The notes below the pieces were generated by a model that searched no databases, had not been told where the DNA came from, and saw only the letters and a list, made by a program, of their open reading frames with translations. From NCBI GenBank assembly GCA_027328825.1, contig DAHWTK010000001.1, positions 16,703 through 80,702 of the forward strand: a stretch of 64,000 bases of DNA, in the 5' to 3' direction. This DNA is from Nitrospirota bacterium (GTDB lineage Bacteria; Nitrospirota; JACRHJ01). Shown piece after piece: positions 1-9,220 of the stretch (position 1 is its first letter; each line of letters opens with the position of its first letter). Position numbers and translations under genes: made by a program.

Positions 1-21
1 GGTAGCGTTGCTAATACCCGA

Positions 22-783
22 TTAGCCTGCCCGCATCGTCATGCTGCGCGCTTTTTTTTCTGCGCCTTCGATTAAACCTCTCAGCGTAAGCGCGTTCAGT
101 GCGGCATAGCCCGCGTAATCATTGTCGAAATAGCAGAAGACCCGTCGCTCTTCGCGCACATATTTCCTGAAGGCCGACGAAAGCTCGTTTAAAAAACTGT
201 CGGGATACGAGCCGGAATATTTACCGACAGGCCCGTGCAGCCGGAAATAGACAATGTCCGACGTGATCTCGCGCGGGGTGAAGTAACCATTGAAATCGTA
301 GATACAGAATGTCATTTTGTTATCCGAAAGGATTTTATAGGTCTCGTCTCTTATCCAGCTTCGGTTCCTGAACTCAAAGACGTATCTGAAGCCTTCGGGA
401 AGGACGGAGATAAACTCTTTAAGCTTCCCGGCGTCGAATTCAAGCCCCGGCGGCGTCTGGAAGAGCGCCGGGCCGAGCTTCGCGCCGAGCGCGCCCATTC
501 TTTTTAAAAATGTCTTTACGGGCTCGTTGCAGTCCTTAAGCCTTTTTATGTGAGTTATGAAGCGGCTGGCCTTCACGGCGAAAATGAAACCGTCCGGAGA
601 GTTTTCACGCCAGGACAGGACGCTTTTCTCGGACGGCAGGCGATAGAACGGGTTGTTCAGTTCTACCGTGCGGAAAACGCGGGCGTAATATTCGAGCATC
701 TCCCGGTCTTTTATGTCGCGCGGGTAAAACGGGCCTTTCCAGTGGCTGTAATTCCAACCCGAAGTCCCGACGAAAATATTCAT
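22..783 (-). CDS. DUF72 (UPF0759/YecE-like) family protein
   Basis: 253-aa ORF; N-terminus MNIFVGTSGWNYSHWKGPFYP matches the conserved DUF72 family pattern; start overlaps gap stop by 4 nt (co-transcribed). Confidence 0.7.
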   Translation of the reverse strand: MNIFVGTSGWNYSHWKGPFYPRDIKDREMLEYYARVFRTVELNNPFYRLPSEKSVLSWRENSPDGFIFAVKASRFITHIKRLKDCNEPVKTFLKRMGALGAKLGPALFQTPPGLEFDAGKLKEFISVLPEGFRYVFEFRNRSWIRDETYKILSDNKMTFCIYDFNGYFTPREITSDIVYFRLHGPVGKYSGSYPDSFLNELSSAFRKYVREERRVFCYFDNDYAGYAALNALTLRGLIEGAEKKARSMTMRAG

Positions 784-1802
784 GCCGCCTGTCTAAGCTC
801 TTCCGCCTCCACGCCCAGCATACGCGCGGCCTCTCTTGCCATCTGGCATGAATAACCCCACTCGTTGTCGTACCAGCTCATTACCTTGAGCAGGTCTCCA
901 TCCACCACCTGCGTCATGGAGAGGTCTATTATGGATGCCCTGCTGTCTTTTATAATATCGGATGAGACTATCGGGTCCTCGGATACGCCGAGCACGCCAC
1001 GGTACCTGTCGGTCTGCGCTTCTTCGATGAAGACGCTGTTGACCTCTTCCCTCGTTGCCGATCTTTCGAGGATGAAGGTTATGTCGGATATGGAGCCTAC
1101 GGGAACCGGCGCGCGGACAGCCTGGCCGTCGAATTTTCCCGCGTACTGGGGCAGGGCCTTTATGGTGGCCTTAGCCGCGCCGGTAGAAGTCGGCACCAGG
1201 TTCGCGGCACCGGCGCGCCCGCGCGTGAACCTCTTGTTCGCACCGTCCACGATAGACTGCGACGCCGTGTACGCATGCAGCGTCGTCATAATGGCTTTCC
1301 TCATCCCGAAGCGCCTGCCGATAATTTCGACTACTGGAGTAATGCAGTTCGTTGTGCAGCTCGCGCACGAGATTACCTGCGGGTTTCCTTCCGGCTGGTT
1401 TACCCCGTGTACTACTGCCAGGACTTCATCACTCTTCGACGGTGCGGAGAGTATCACGTGCCTTGCACCGGCCCGGACGTGTTTTTCCAGGTCTTCCTTT
1501 TTCGTGAATGCTCCGGTGCATTCAAATACCAGGTCGACTCCCATCTCGCCCCACGGGAGCATCGAAGGGTCTTTCTCGGAGAGAAGCCGGATATCCCTGC
1601 CGTCAACTACTATCGAGTTGCCCCGCAGCTCTATTTTTTTATCGTAACGTCCGTATACGGTGTCGTATTTCAGCATGTACGCTATGTTTTCGGCAGGCAC
1701 GAGGTCGTTTATCGCCGCGAGTTCAAGTCCCGGCGTATTCTGGATTATCTTGAAAGTCGACCGGCCTATTCGCCCCATCCCGTTTATCGCCACCCTTGCC
1801 AT
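780..1802 (-). CDS. gap: glyceraldehyde-3-phosphate dehydrogenase
   Basis: 340 aa; NAD-binding N-terminus VAINGMGRIGR; catalytic ASCTTNC motif; AAGGAGG RBS about 6 nt upstream of ATG at 1802. Confidence 0.92.
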   Translation of the reverse strand: MARVAINGMGRIGRSTFKIIQNTPGLELAAINDLVPAENIAYMLKYDTVYGRYDKKIELRGNSIVVDGRDIRLLSEKDPSMLPWGEMGVDLVFECTGAFTKKEDLEKHVRAGARHVILSAPSKSDEVLAVVHGVNQPEGNPQVISCASCTTNCITPVVEIIGRRFGMRKAIMTTLHAYTASQSIVDGANKRFTRGRAGAANLVPTSTGAAKATIKALPQYAGKFDGQAVRAPVPVGSISDITFILERSATREEVNSVFIEEAQTDRYRGVLGVSEDPIVSSDIIKDSRASIIDLSMTQVVDGDLLKVMSWYDNEWGYSCQMAREAARMLGVEAEELRQAA

Positions 1803-1812
1803 AATATCCTCC

Positions 1813-2838
1813 TTACGCGGCCTTCCCGGGCGCCTGACCGACGATATTCTCAGGCTGCCCCGCGAGGAAAGCCGCGATGTTTTCGACCGAAGTTTTAAGT
1901 ATCCTCTGCACAGCCTCTTTCGTATTGAACGCGCTGTGCGGCGTGATTAATACGTTCCGAAGCCTCAAGAGGACGCTGTTCGCAAGGACAGTCTCAAGGT
2001 CGTATTTCTTCCTGAATATGGAACTCAGCAGTTCCGCCTCCTCGCGGATTGCGGGCTCCTCGTCCAGGACGTCGAGCCCTGCCGCGCCCACCTTCCCGTC
2101 GGCGATAGCCCGAAGGAGCGCCTGCACGTTCAGGACGCTTCCGCGCGAGGTGTTTATTATCACCACTCCGTTTTTCATAAGATTGAATTCGTCGGTCGAT
2201 ATGAAGTCCTTCGTCTTCTCGTTCGCGGGGACGTGCAGGGTTATTATGTCAGACTGCGACAGTATCTCGGGCAGTTCTTCATAGGCAAACCCGAGTTCCG
2301 TCGAGAGTCTCTCGTTCCTGCGGACGTCGTACGCCAGGACACGCATGTTGAACCCCCTGGCTATCTCTATGACATGTCTTCCGATGCCGCCGACGCCAAT
2401 CACTCCGATGGTCTTGCCCCGCAGGTCGAATCCCCTGAGTCCGGCCTGCGAGAAGTCGCCCTTCCTTGTCCTGTCTATGGCGTCGTACATCCTGTGGCTT
2501 ATGGCAAGTATCAGGGCAAAGACGTGTTCGGCGACGGTGTTCTCGCCGTAATTAGGCACGTTCGAGACGACAACACCCCTCTCGCGGCAGTAGTCCATGT
2601 CTATGTGGTCGAAGCCGGTCGAGCGAGTGGCAATCATCCTGAGGCCTCCGAAATGCCGCAGCGTATCCCTGCCGAGATGAGAGTAGATAAACGGCGATAT
2701 TATGCCTGCGTCGGAATGCTCCGCCGCGTTCTCAGGCGTGAGCGGCTCGGAGAGCGTCACTACGTCGTGCCCGCCCGCTCTCAGCACGTCGAACGCCTCT
2801 TTCTCCCATTCCTCGACTTCGTATACCGCTATTTTCAT
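1813..2838 (-). CDS. D-isomer-specific 2-hydroxyacid dehydrogenase (D-lactate/phosphoglycerate dehydrogenase family)
   Basis: NAD-binding GVIGVGGIGRHV and catalytic-domain similarity to D-2-hydroxyacid dehydrogenases; ORF-track entry 1813..3009 trimmed to ATG at 2838 (MKIAVYE...) which has an AAGGGGA RBS; upstream 57 codons look like read-through. Confidence 0.8.
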   Translation of the reverse strand: MKIAVYEVEEWEKEAFDVLRAGGHDVVTLSEPLTPENAAEHSDAGIISPFIYSHLGRDTLRHFGGLRMIATRSTGFDHIDMDYCRERGVVVSNVPNYGENTVAEHVFALILAISHRMYDAIDRTRKGDFSQAGLRGFDLRGKTIGVIGVGGIGRHVIEIARGFNMRVLAYDVRRNERLSTELGFAYEELPEILSQSDIITLHVPANEKTKDFISTDEFNLMKNGVVIINTSRGSVLNVQALLRAIADGKVGAAGLDVLDEEPAIREEAELLSSIFRKKYDLETVLANSVLLRLRNVLITPHSAFNTKEAVQRILKTSVENIAAFLAGQPENIVGQAPGKAA

Positions 2839-2966
2839 GGTTATCCCCTTTCCACGAAAAAGTTTAACACCCGGCATATGCGGTGTCAAAGCAGACAAAT
2901 GCGGCTCCCTGCGCAAGCGGAAAAAATCGGCTATAATTAAAAGCGGGTGCGAAACAAGGAGCGTAA

Positions 2967-3626
2967 ATGCCATTCGCCGTAAAAGACTGCGCGCTGGCGG
3001 CAATTGCAACGGGCGTGCGGGCTCATAACCTCAGGGAGCTTCGGGATCGGCTTATGACGGTCCATCCGGGGAGCATCTATTACCACTTCTGGGGCGGGCT
3101 TTTGAGGGCCGCTTTCGAGAACCGCGAATACATGAACGACTTCGCTGACTGGTCAAGAAAGGCGCACGGGCTTCACGACGAGGCGTTGGCGGAGAGACTT
3201 TCCGTTATCGACCCGACGGATTTCGAAGACCTCGAAGAACTAAGACAGCAACTGGTGGAAGTGACCTCGGAGAGGCTCGAGGAAAGCGAGAAGCTCCGCC
3301 TCCTGCATGCGGACAGGCCGTTCATGTTCATCCGTTCTCAGATAGTAATATTCGACACATATGTGACCATTGAGCACCCCTCGCAACTTCCGATGACGGC
3401 GCCCATGATGACTCCGTCGTCATTCTTCTTCCATTTCGTGGACGCGCGCAGAAGGACGAAAGACCGTATGGACGATTTCCGCGAATGGCTGATGGAATTC
3501 GGCGATGAGTTCAGGTCCCTGATAGACAGGCTTGCGGGTCTGGACCCGTACTTCGTTCCACTGGTGGAGCTCAAGGAGAAGATAGCGGACATATTTACTG
3601 GATATTTTGCGGGAGAGACGGTATGA
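2967..3626 (+). CDS. conserved hypothetical protein, translationally coupled to treT
   Basis: 219-aa ORF with AAGGAG RBS; stop overlaps treT start (ATGA); no family recognised by me. Confidence 0.5.
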   Translation: MPFAVKDCALAAIATGVRAHNLRELRDRLMTVHPGSIYYHFWGGLLRAAFENREYMNDFADWSRKAHGLHDEALAERLSVIDPTDFEDLEELRQQLVEVTSERLEESEKLRLLHADRPFMFIRSQIVIFDTYVTIEHPSQLPMTAPMMTPSSFFFHFVDARRRTKDRMDDFREWLMEFGDEFRSLIDRLAGLDPYFVPLVELKEKIADIFTGYFAGETV

Positions 3627-4864
3627 GTGGGCTTCTAGACGCATACGCTAAGGCGGCGGGCGAAGATACCATATCCCATCTGCGCCAGCTTGCTTCCACG
3701 CTTAACGGGATGAAGGTCGTGCACGTTAACTCAACCCGCGAGGGCGGCGGAGTCGCGGAAATACTCTGCCGGCTCGTCCCGCTTCAGCAGGAACTCGGCT
3801 TCGACGCGCGGTGGGAGGTAATCACGGGCGGCAAGGAGTTCTACCAGTGCACGAAAAGTTTTCATAACGCGCTCCAGGGAAACCCGGTCGTCGTCCCGGA
3901 GAGGCTTCTTAAGGAATTCGAAAAGACTAACCGCGAAAACGCGGATAGAATGAAGGACGCGCTTGAGGACGCGGACGCCGTTTTCATACACGATCCGCAG
4001 CCCGCGCCGCTTATAAAATATTTTCCGAACCGCAAAGGGAAATGGATATGGAGATGCCACATAGATGCGTCGCAGCCGTACCGTCCGGTATGGAATTACC
4101 TCCGCAAGTTCGTGGCGCAGTATGACGCCAGCGTATTCTCCCTGGCCGAGTTCTCGCAGTCGCTTCCGCACCCGCAGTATCTAATACTACCGTCGATAGA
4201 CCCGCTCTCCGAGAAGAACATGGACATCCCGGACGAGGAAGTTGACCACGTTGCGGCGACGTTCGGGCTCGACCGCTCGCGCCCGCTCGCAGTCCAGATA
4301 TCGCGTTTCGACAGGTTCAAGGACCCGACAGGCGTGATACGCGCATACCGCCTTGCGAAGAAATTCTCGCCGGGCCTTCAGCTCGTCCTTGCGGGCGGCG
4401 GCGCGACGGACGACCCGGAAGGCTCCACGGTGCTTAAAGAAGTGCAGGAAGCGGCGGGCGGAGACGGCGATGTGCACGTCCTGCTCCTGCCGGCTGACGC
4501 GCACAGGACGATAAACGCCCTCCAGCGCGCGGCGGACATCGTTGTGCAGAAATCCATACGTGAGGGTTTCGGCCTGACCGTGACGGAAGGTCTCTGGAAG
4601 GGCAAGCCGGTTATCGGCGGGAACACGGGCGGCATAAAGATCCAGGTTATAGACCACCACACTGGTTTTCTCGTAAGCACGCCGGAGGGCGCGGCGATGC
4701 GCATGCGCTACCTGCTCTTAAACAGGGAAAGACGCGAGGATATGGGCAGAGAAGCGAGGGACTACGTACGGCGGAACTTCCTTCTTACGAGGCAACTCCG
4801 AGAGCACCTCACGCTAATGGTGGGGCTTCATCACGGTTCCGAGGACAGGATAGGAATGGGATAG
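3623..4864 (+). CDS. treT: trehalose synthase (glycosyl-transferring, TreT-type GT4 family glycosyltransferase)
   Basis: 413 aa; strings VHVNSTREGGGVAEIL, TKSFHNALQGN, NRENADR, HDPQPA, WIWRCHID, LPSIDPLSEKN, ISRFDRFKD, DDPEG and SIREGFGLTVTEGLWKGKPVIGG...GGIKIQVIDHHTGFLV closely parallel archaeal/bacterial TreT as I recall it. Confidence 0.75.
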   Translation: MSGLLDAYAKAAGEDTISHLRQLASTLNGMKVVHVNSTREGGGVAEILCRLVPLQQELGFDARWEVITGGKEFYQCTKSFHNALQGNPVVVPERLLKEFEKTNRENADRMKDALEDADAVFIHDPQPAPLIKYFPNRKGKWIWRCHIDASQPYRPVWNYLRKFVAQYDASVFSLAEFSQSLPHPQYLILPSIDPLSEKNMDIPDEEVDHVAATFGLDRSRPLAVQISRFDRFKDPTGVIRAYRLAKKFSPGLQLVLAGGGATDDPEGSTVLKEVQEAAGGDGDVHVLLLPADAHRTINALQRAADIVVQKSIREGFGLTVTEGLWKGKPVIGGNTGGIKIQVIDHHTGFLVSTPEGAAMRMRYLLLNRERREDMGREARDYVRRNFLLTRQLREHLTLMVGLHHGSEDRIGMG

Positions 4865-4872
4865 ACCGGCCC

Positions 4873-6456
4873 CTACAGCGCGCGCCACAGCCGTCCGTCC
4901 CGGCGGATCAGCTCGTCGGCCTCTGCGGGCCCGTTTGAACCCGACGGGTAGTTCGGAAACTTAAAACCGCCCTTCATGCCTTCAAGTCTCTCTATGACCG
5001 GCGAGAGAAGACCCCATGTAAGCTCCTCTATCTCGCCGCTCACGAAAAGCATCTGGTCGCCCGTCATGCAGTCGAGCAGGACCCTTTCGTATGCGTCCAG
5101 CAGGAAGACCTTCTCATACCTGAAGTCCATCAGGACGGGACGGAGACATGCGCGGGAGTCCGGCATCTTCGTCTGGAACTGAAGGCTTATCCCCTCGTCC
5201 GGCTGCACCCTGAGGACGAGCAGGTTTGGGTCGATAGTGTCCGAGAGGCTGCCTACCGGCTCCAGGACGTTAGAGAACATCAGGTGCGGCACGGCCCGGA
5301 ACCTTATGGCAATCTCCGCCTTGCCTTTGGAGAGTCTCTTGCCGGAGCGCATATAGAACGGCACGCCGCTCCAACGCCAGTTGTCTATGAAAAGTTTCAT
5401 CGCCGCGTATGTCGGCGTGTTAGAGTTATTGTTTACGCCCGGCTCTTCCCTGTAGGATGGCACCGCCGCTCCGTTTATACTGCCCGCGCCGTACTGCCCG
5501 AGCGCGACATACTCGCCCAGCCTGTCAAGCGGCACCGGCCTGACAGACCTAAACACCTTCACCTTTTCCTCGCGCACGCGCTCGGATACAAAGGCGGCGG
5601 GGGGCTCCATCGCCGTCAGCGAGAGCAGTTGGAGGATATGGTTCTGAAACATGTCCCTGAGCACGCCCGCGTTTTCGTAATAGCCCGCCCTGTGCTCGAC
5701 GCCAAGGGTCTCGGAGAGCGTAATCTCGACATGGTCTATGTATCTCCTGTTCCAGAGCGGCTCGAAGATTGAATTGGCGAAGCGGAACATGAGTATGTTC
5801 TGGACGTTCTCCTTTGCGAGGTAGTGATCCATGCGGAAGGTCTGGGATTCCGAAAAAGACGCGCCTATCACACCGTTTAAGTGTCTTGATGACTCAATAT
5901 CGGAGCCGAAAGGTTTTTCCACCACGACGCGGGAATAGCCGTTCTCCTCCGAAGCAAGGCCGGCGCCGCCTATGCGACTTATCACCGTCTCGTAGACGGC
6001 GGGCGGCAGGGCCATGTAGAATATGCGGTTACACCCGGTGCCGAATTTTTTTTCGAGCGGCTTCAGGCGCGCGGGGAGCGAGACGAAGAAATCCCCGGAA
6101 TTGAAATCCGCCTCTGCATAGAATAATCTGTCGGAAAATTTCTGCCACGAATCCGAAGAAAAATCGCCCGGGAATGCCGCCCTGACCGCCTCTTCCATTA
6201 TACTGCGGAACCCGGAGTCGTCGGTCTCTATGCGGTCGGAACCCAGCATGAAGAAGCCGTCCGGGAGATGCCTGTTTGCGAAGAGCCGGTAAAGCGACGG
6301 GATGAGTTTTCTCTTCGACAGATCGCCGCATGAGCCGAAGATGATTATGCCGCATGGAGCGGGCTTTTCTATACCGCAGAAATCCGGCCTCGGCGCGGCA
6401 GTGCATGTCGCATGCCGGTCTGCCTCCGGCGTGAGCGGCGCGGTTTCTTCGTTCAT
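4873..6456 (-). CDS. zwf: glucose-6-phosphate 1-dehydrogenase
   Basis: 527 aa; NADP-binding IIFGSCGDLSKRKLIPSLY and substrate motif RMDHYLAKE (variant of RIDHYLGKE). Confidence 0.9.
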   Translation of the reverse strand: MNEETAPLTPEADRHATCTAAPRPDFCGIEKPAPCGIIIFGSCGDLSKRKLIPSLYRLFANRHLPDGFFMLGSDRIETDDSGFRSIMEEAVRAAFPGDFSSDSWQKFSDRLFYAEADFNSGDFFVSLPARLKPLEKKFGTGCNRIFYMALPPAVYETVISRIGGAGLASEENGYSRVVVEKPFGSDIESSRHLNGVIGASFSESQTFRMDHYLAKENVQNILMFRFANSIFEPLWNRRYIDHVEITLSETLGVEHRAGYYENAGVLRDMFQNHILQLLSLTAMEPPAAFVSERVREEKVKVFRSVRPVPLDRLGEYVALGQYGAGSINGAAVPSYREEPGVNNNSNTPTYAAMKLFIDNWRWSGVPFYMRSGKRLSKGKAEIAIRFRAVPHLMFSNVLEPVGSLSDTIDPNLLVLRVQPDEGISLQFQTKMPDSRACLRPVLMDFRYEKVFLLDAYERVLLDCMTGDQMLFVSGEIEELTWGLLSPVIERLEGMKGGFKFPNYPSGSNGPAEADELIRRDGRLWRAL

Positions 6457-6899
6457 CGCCCCTCCAGGCGGTTTATTTTGGAAAGCCTGCGGACGAATCG
6501 GGCCTCGGCCTTGAAGCGCGCCTTGAGAAAAATATCCGCAAGGTCTCTTGCGAGGCTGTATCCGACGACGCTCCCGCCCAGGCAGAGAATGTTCATGTCG
6601 TCGTCCTCCACGCCCTGCCTTGCCGAAAACGCATCGACCACAAGCGCCGCCCGCGCTCCGGGGACTTTATTCGCCGCGACCGACGCGCCTACGCCGCTTG
6701 CGCATACGGCTATTCCGCGCTCCAGCTCGCCGGAGGCAACGGCTGCCGCAAGCGGGATTACGTAGTCAGGATAGTCGTCGTCCGGATTCGTTTCATGGGC
6801 CCCGAAGTCCTTAACGTCGTGCCCGGACTCTTCGAGATGCGTCTTGAGAGAGTCCTTCAGTTCCCGTCCGCCGTGGTCAGCCGCAAGACCGATTTTCAT
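6453..6899 (-). CDS. rpiB: ribose-5-phosphate isomerase B
   Basis: MKIGLAADHGG...ILCLGGSVVGYSLARDL typical RpiB/LacAB fold, about 149 aa; ORF-track entry 6453..7094 trimmed to ATG at 6899. Confidence 0.85.
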   Translation of the reverse strand: MKIGLAADHGGRELKDSLKTHLEESGHDVKDFGAHETNPDDDYPDYVIPLAAAVASGELERGIAVCASGVGASVAANKVPGARAALVVDAFSARQGVEDDDMNILCLGGSVVGYSLARDLADIFLKARFKAEARFVRRLSKINRLEGR

Positions 6900-6904
6900 A
6901 TTTC

Positions 6905-7807
6905 TTAGCCGCTCTTCCTGAAGCCGTGGCCGCCGAACTCGTCCCGCATTGCGGCAAGGAGCTTCTCGGAGAAACACTCCCTGTCCCTGGAACGGAACCT
7001 CTGGAAGAGCGCGCCGGAGATAAGCGGCGCATGGACGGCGAAATCGACCGCCTCCCGCACCGTCCATCGCCCTTCGCCGGAGTCCTCCACCCACGCCTCG
7101 ATGTCTTTTAAATCCCCATGTTTCCTGAACGCGGACTCCGCGAACTCAAGGAGCCAGGACTGTATTATGCTCCCGTGGTTCCAGAGTCCCGCAAGCCCTT
7201 CAAAATCGATATTCCCGTACGGCGATTTTTTCACAATCTCGAATCCCTCTCCGTACGCTGACATCAGCGCATATTCGATGCCGTTATGCACCATCTTTAT
7301 GAAATGCCCCGCCCCTGCCGGGCCGCAGTACATAAACCCTTTTTCGGGCGCAAGCGTTTTAAAAAGCGGGGTGAGCCTGTCGAACAAGTTCTTTTCTCCG
7401 CCTATCATCAGGCAGTATCCCTTTTCAAGGCCCCAGATGCCGCTGGACACTCCCGCATCCATAAATCCTATACCGAACGGCCTGAGCGATTCCTCCTGCC
7501 GTATAGAGTCCTTATAGAAGCTGTTTCCGCCTTCGACGACCACATCGCCTTTAGATAGAACTCCCTTGAGCGCGTCTATTGTCTCGTCCACTGGCTCCCC
7601 GGCTGGAAGCATCATCCATAACGTGCGCGGCGGGGCAAGCTTTGCGGCGAGTTCTTCAAGAGACGCCGCCGCTTCAGCCCCCTCGTTTGCAAGGGCAGCG
7701 ACACTCTCGGGCGAGCTGTCGAAGACGACGGCCGCATGGCCGCCCTTCATAAGCCTTCTTGCCATGTTGCCGCCCATTTTCCCTAGACCTATCATACCGA
7801 GCTGCAT
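6905..7807 (-). CDS. gnd: 6-phosphogluconate dehydrogenase (decarboxylating), short about 300-aa form
   Basis: 300 aa; N-terminal MQLGMIGLGKMGGNMARRL Rossmann motif; short NAD(P)-dependent GndA-like 6PGDH; GAAGGAGAC RBS. Confidence 0.85.
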   Translation of the reverse strand: MQLGMIGLGKMGGNMARRLMKGGHAAVVFDSSPESVAALANEGAEAAASLEELAAKLAPPRTLWMMLPAGEPVDETIDALKGVLSKGDVVVEGGNSFYKDSIRQEESLRPFGIGFMDAGVSSGIWGLEKGYCLMIGGEKNLFDRLTPLFKTLAPEKGFMYCGPAGAGHFIKMVHNGIEYALMSAYGEGFEIVKKSPYGNIDFEGLAGLWNHGSIIQSWLLEFAESAFRKHGDLKDIEAWVEDSGEGRWTVREAVDFAVHAPLISGALFQRFRSRDRECFSEKLLAAMRDEFGGHGFRKSG

Positions 7808-7820
7808 AATGTCTCCTTCA

Positions 7821-7854
7821 CCCTCTCCCAGCCCTCTCCCATCAAGGGAGAGGG
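7821..7854. repeat. REP-like hairpin CCCTCTCCC-agc-CCTCTCCC-atcaa-GGGAGAGGG
   Basis: inverted repeat read directly; the same CCCTCTCC/GGGAGAGGG arms recur at 35383-35424. Confidence 0.6.
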
Positions 7855-8033
7855 ATATAAAACTGCCAATGCGCTTGTATAGTTCACCTTGAGCATATGT
7901 TCCATTGGCCGCGTCCTTCGATATTGAGATATAAAACTACACCTTTGAGCACCTGTTTCGCTGGCCGCGTTCTTTACCGGGATATAAAACTACCGACGCA
8001 CTTGCATATTTCACCCCTCGCCCTGTCATGGGA
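7854..8033. repeat. three degenerate tandem direct repeats (about 74, 53 and 52 nt) each starting GATATAAAACT(G/A)C
   Basis: units begin near 7854, 7928 and 7981; shared core ...TTGAGCA(T/C)(A/C)TGTT(T/C)C...TGGCCGCGT(C/T)CTT...; located in the gnd-tal spacer. Confidence 0.6.
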
Positions 8034-8058
8034 AATGGGTAAGGGAGAGAGGTTCTTT

Positions 8059-9204
8059 TTACGCCGCCTTTTCCGCCATGCCCTCGATCTTTTTTGCAAT
8101 CGCCGCCAGGACGTCGTTATACGAGTCGCTGAATTTCTTCACCCCTTCTTCCTCAAGCCGCTCCGTCGCCTGTTCCAGGTTTATGCCAATGGAAAAAATC
8201 TTCTCGAACACGTCCCGCGCGTCCTGAAGGTCCTGCTCTATCGTTATGCGGACCTTCCCGTGGTCCCTGAACTTCGTAAGCGTATCGAGCGGCATGGTAT
8301 TCACGGTATCCGGGGCAATCAACTCCTCCACGTATTTTATGTCGCTGTACTTCGGATTTTTGGTGCCTGTCGAGGCCCAGAGGAGCCTCTGGGCGTTCGC
8401 GCCGTTCTCGCGTATATGTCTGAAACCGGTGCCCAGGAACATCTCCTTGTATTTCTGGTAGGCGAGCTTGCAGTTGGCTACACCCGCCTTGCCGTAGAGA
8501 TTTTTTATTCTGCGCTCCTCATTCTCCGTGCCTGCCGCCGGGAGTTTTTCATTGAACATCGTATCGAAAAGGGTGTCCACCCGGCTGACGAAGAAACTCG
8601 CCACGGAGTGTATGTCGGAGACGGGAAGCCCCTCGCTTATCCGCCTCTCTATCCCCCTGAGATATGCCATGGCCACGGCCTCATATCTCTGGACGGAAAA
8701 AAGGAGCGTCACGTTTACGTTTATGCCTTCCGCGGTCAGCTCTTCCACGGCCCGGACTCCTTCCGGGATTCCCGGTATCTTGACGAGTATATTCTTCCGG
8801 CCTATCTCGGAGGCCAGCCGCCTGGCCTCGTTTATGGAGGCGTCCGCGTCCCGCGCCAGCTTCGGCGAGACCTCGATGCTTACGTAACCGTCCTGCCCGC
8901 CGCTCCTGTCGTAGACCTCTTTCAAAATATCCGCGGCCTCGCGGATGTCTTCGGTGGTTATCGTCTCGTAAATCTTTTTCGGTTCCGAGGCGGTGCTTCC
9001 GGCCAGTTCCTTTATCTGCGCGTCGTAGATGTCGCTTCCCTCGATTGCGCCCTGGAAGATGGTCGGGTTGGACGTAATGCCGGAGACGTTATCCTCCCGC
9101 ACGAGCGCGCCGAGCCTGCCGGAGCGGATGATGTCGCGGCTTAAAAAGTCGAGCCAGATGCTCTGCCCTGCCTGGTTCAGTTGGATTAAAGGGTTGCCTG
9201 CCAT
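8059..9204 (-). CDS. tal: transaldolase
   Basis: 381 aa; SIWLDFLSRD, SGITSNPTIF and the active-site region are typical transaldolase strings. Confidence 0.9.
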   Translation of the reverse strand: MAGNPLIQLNQAGQSIWLDFLSRDIIRSGRLGALVREDNVSGITSNPTIFQGAIEGSDIYDAQIKELAGSTASEPKKIYETITTEDIREAADILKEVYDRSGGQDGYVSIEVSPKLARDADASINEARRLASEIGRKNILVKIPGIPEGVRAVEELTAEGINVNVTLLFSVQRYEAVAMAYLRGIERRISEGLPVSDIHSVASFFVSRVDTLFDTMFNEKLPAAGTENEERRIKNLYGKAGVANCKLAYQKYKEMFLGTGFRHIRENGANAQRLLWASTGTKNPKYSDIKYVEELIAPDTVNTMPLDTLTKFRDHGKVRITIEQDLQDARDVFEKIFSIGINLEQATERLEEEGVKKFSDSYNDVLAAIAKKIEGMAEKAA

Positions 9205-9220
9205 GTCGGCCTCCGCAGTT

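Noticed and set aside
7897-9144. 415-aa plus-strand ORF
   Set aside because: It is entirely antisense to transaldolase with no family signature, an artefact of high GC. The same applies to 35322-36737 (antisense to clpX), 37468-38439 and 36832-37449 (antisense to hcp), 54464-55651 (antisense to cpaC), 39848-41317 (antisense across pstB/pstA/pstC), 24376-25203 (antisense to mcp), 13877-14986 (antisense to hemE/hemH), 10526-11323 (antisense to tkt), 21994-22728 (antisense to HEAT gene), 59964-60803 (antisense to RND adaptor) and 61235-61930 (antisense to RND permease).
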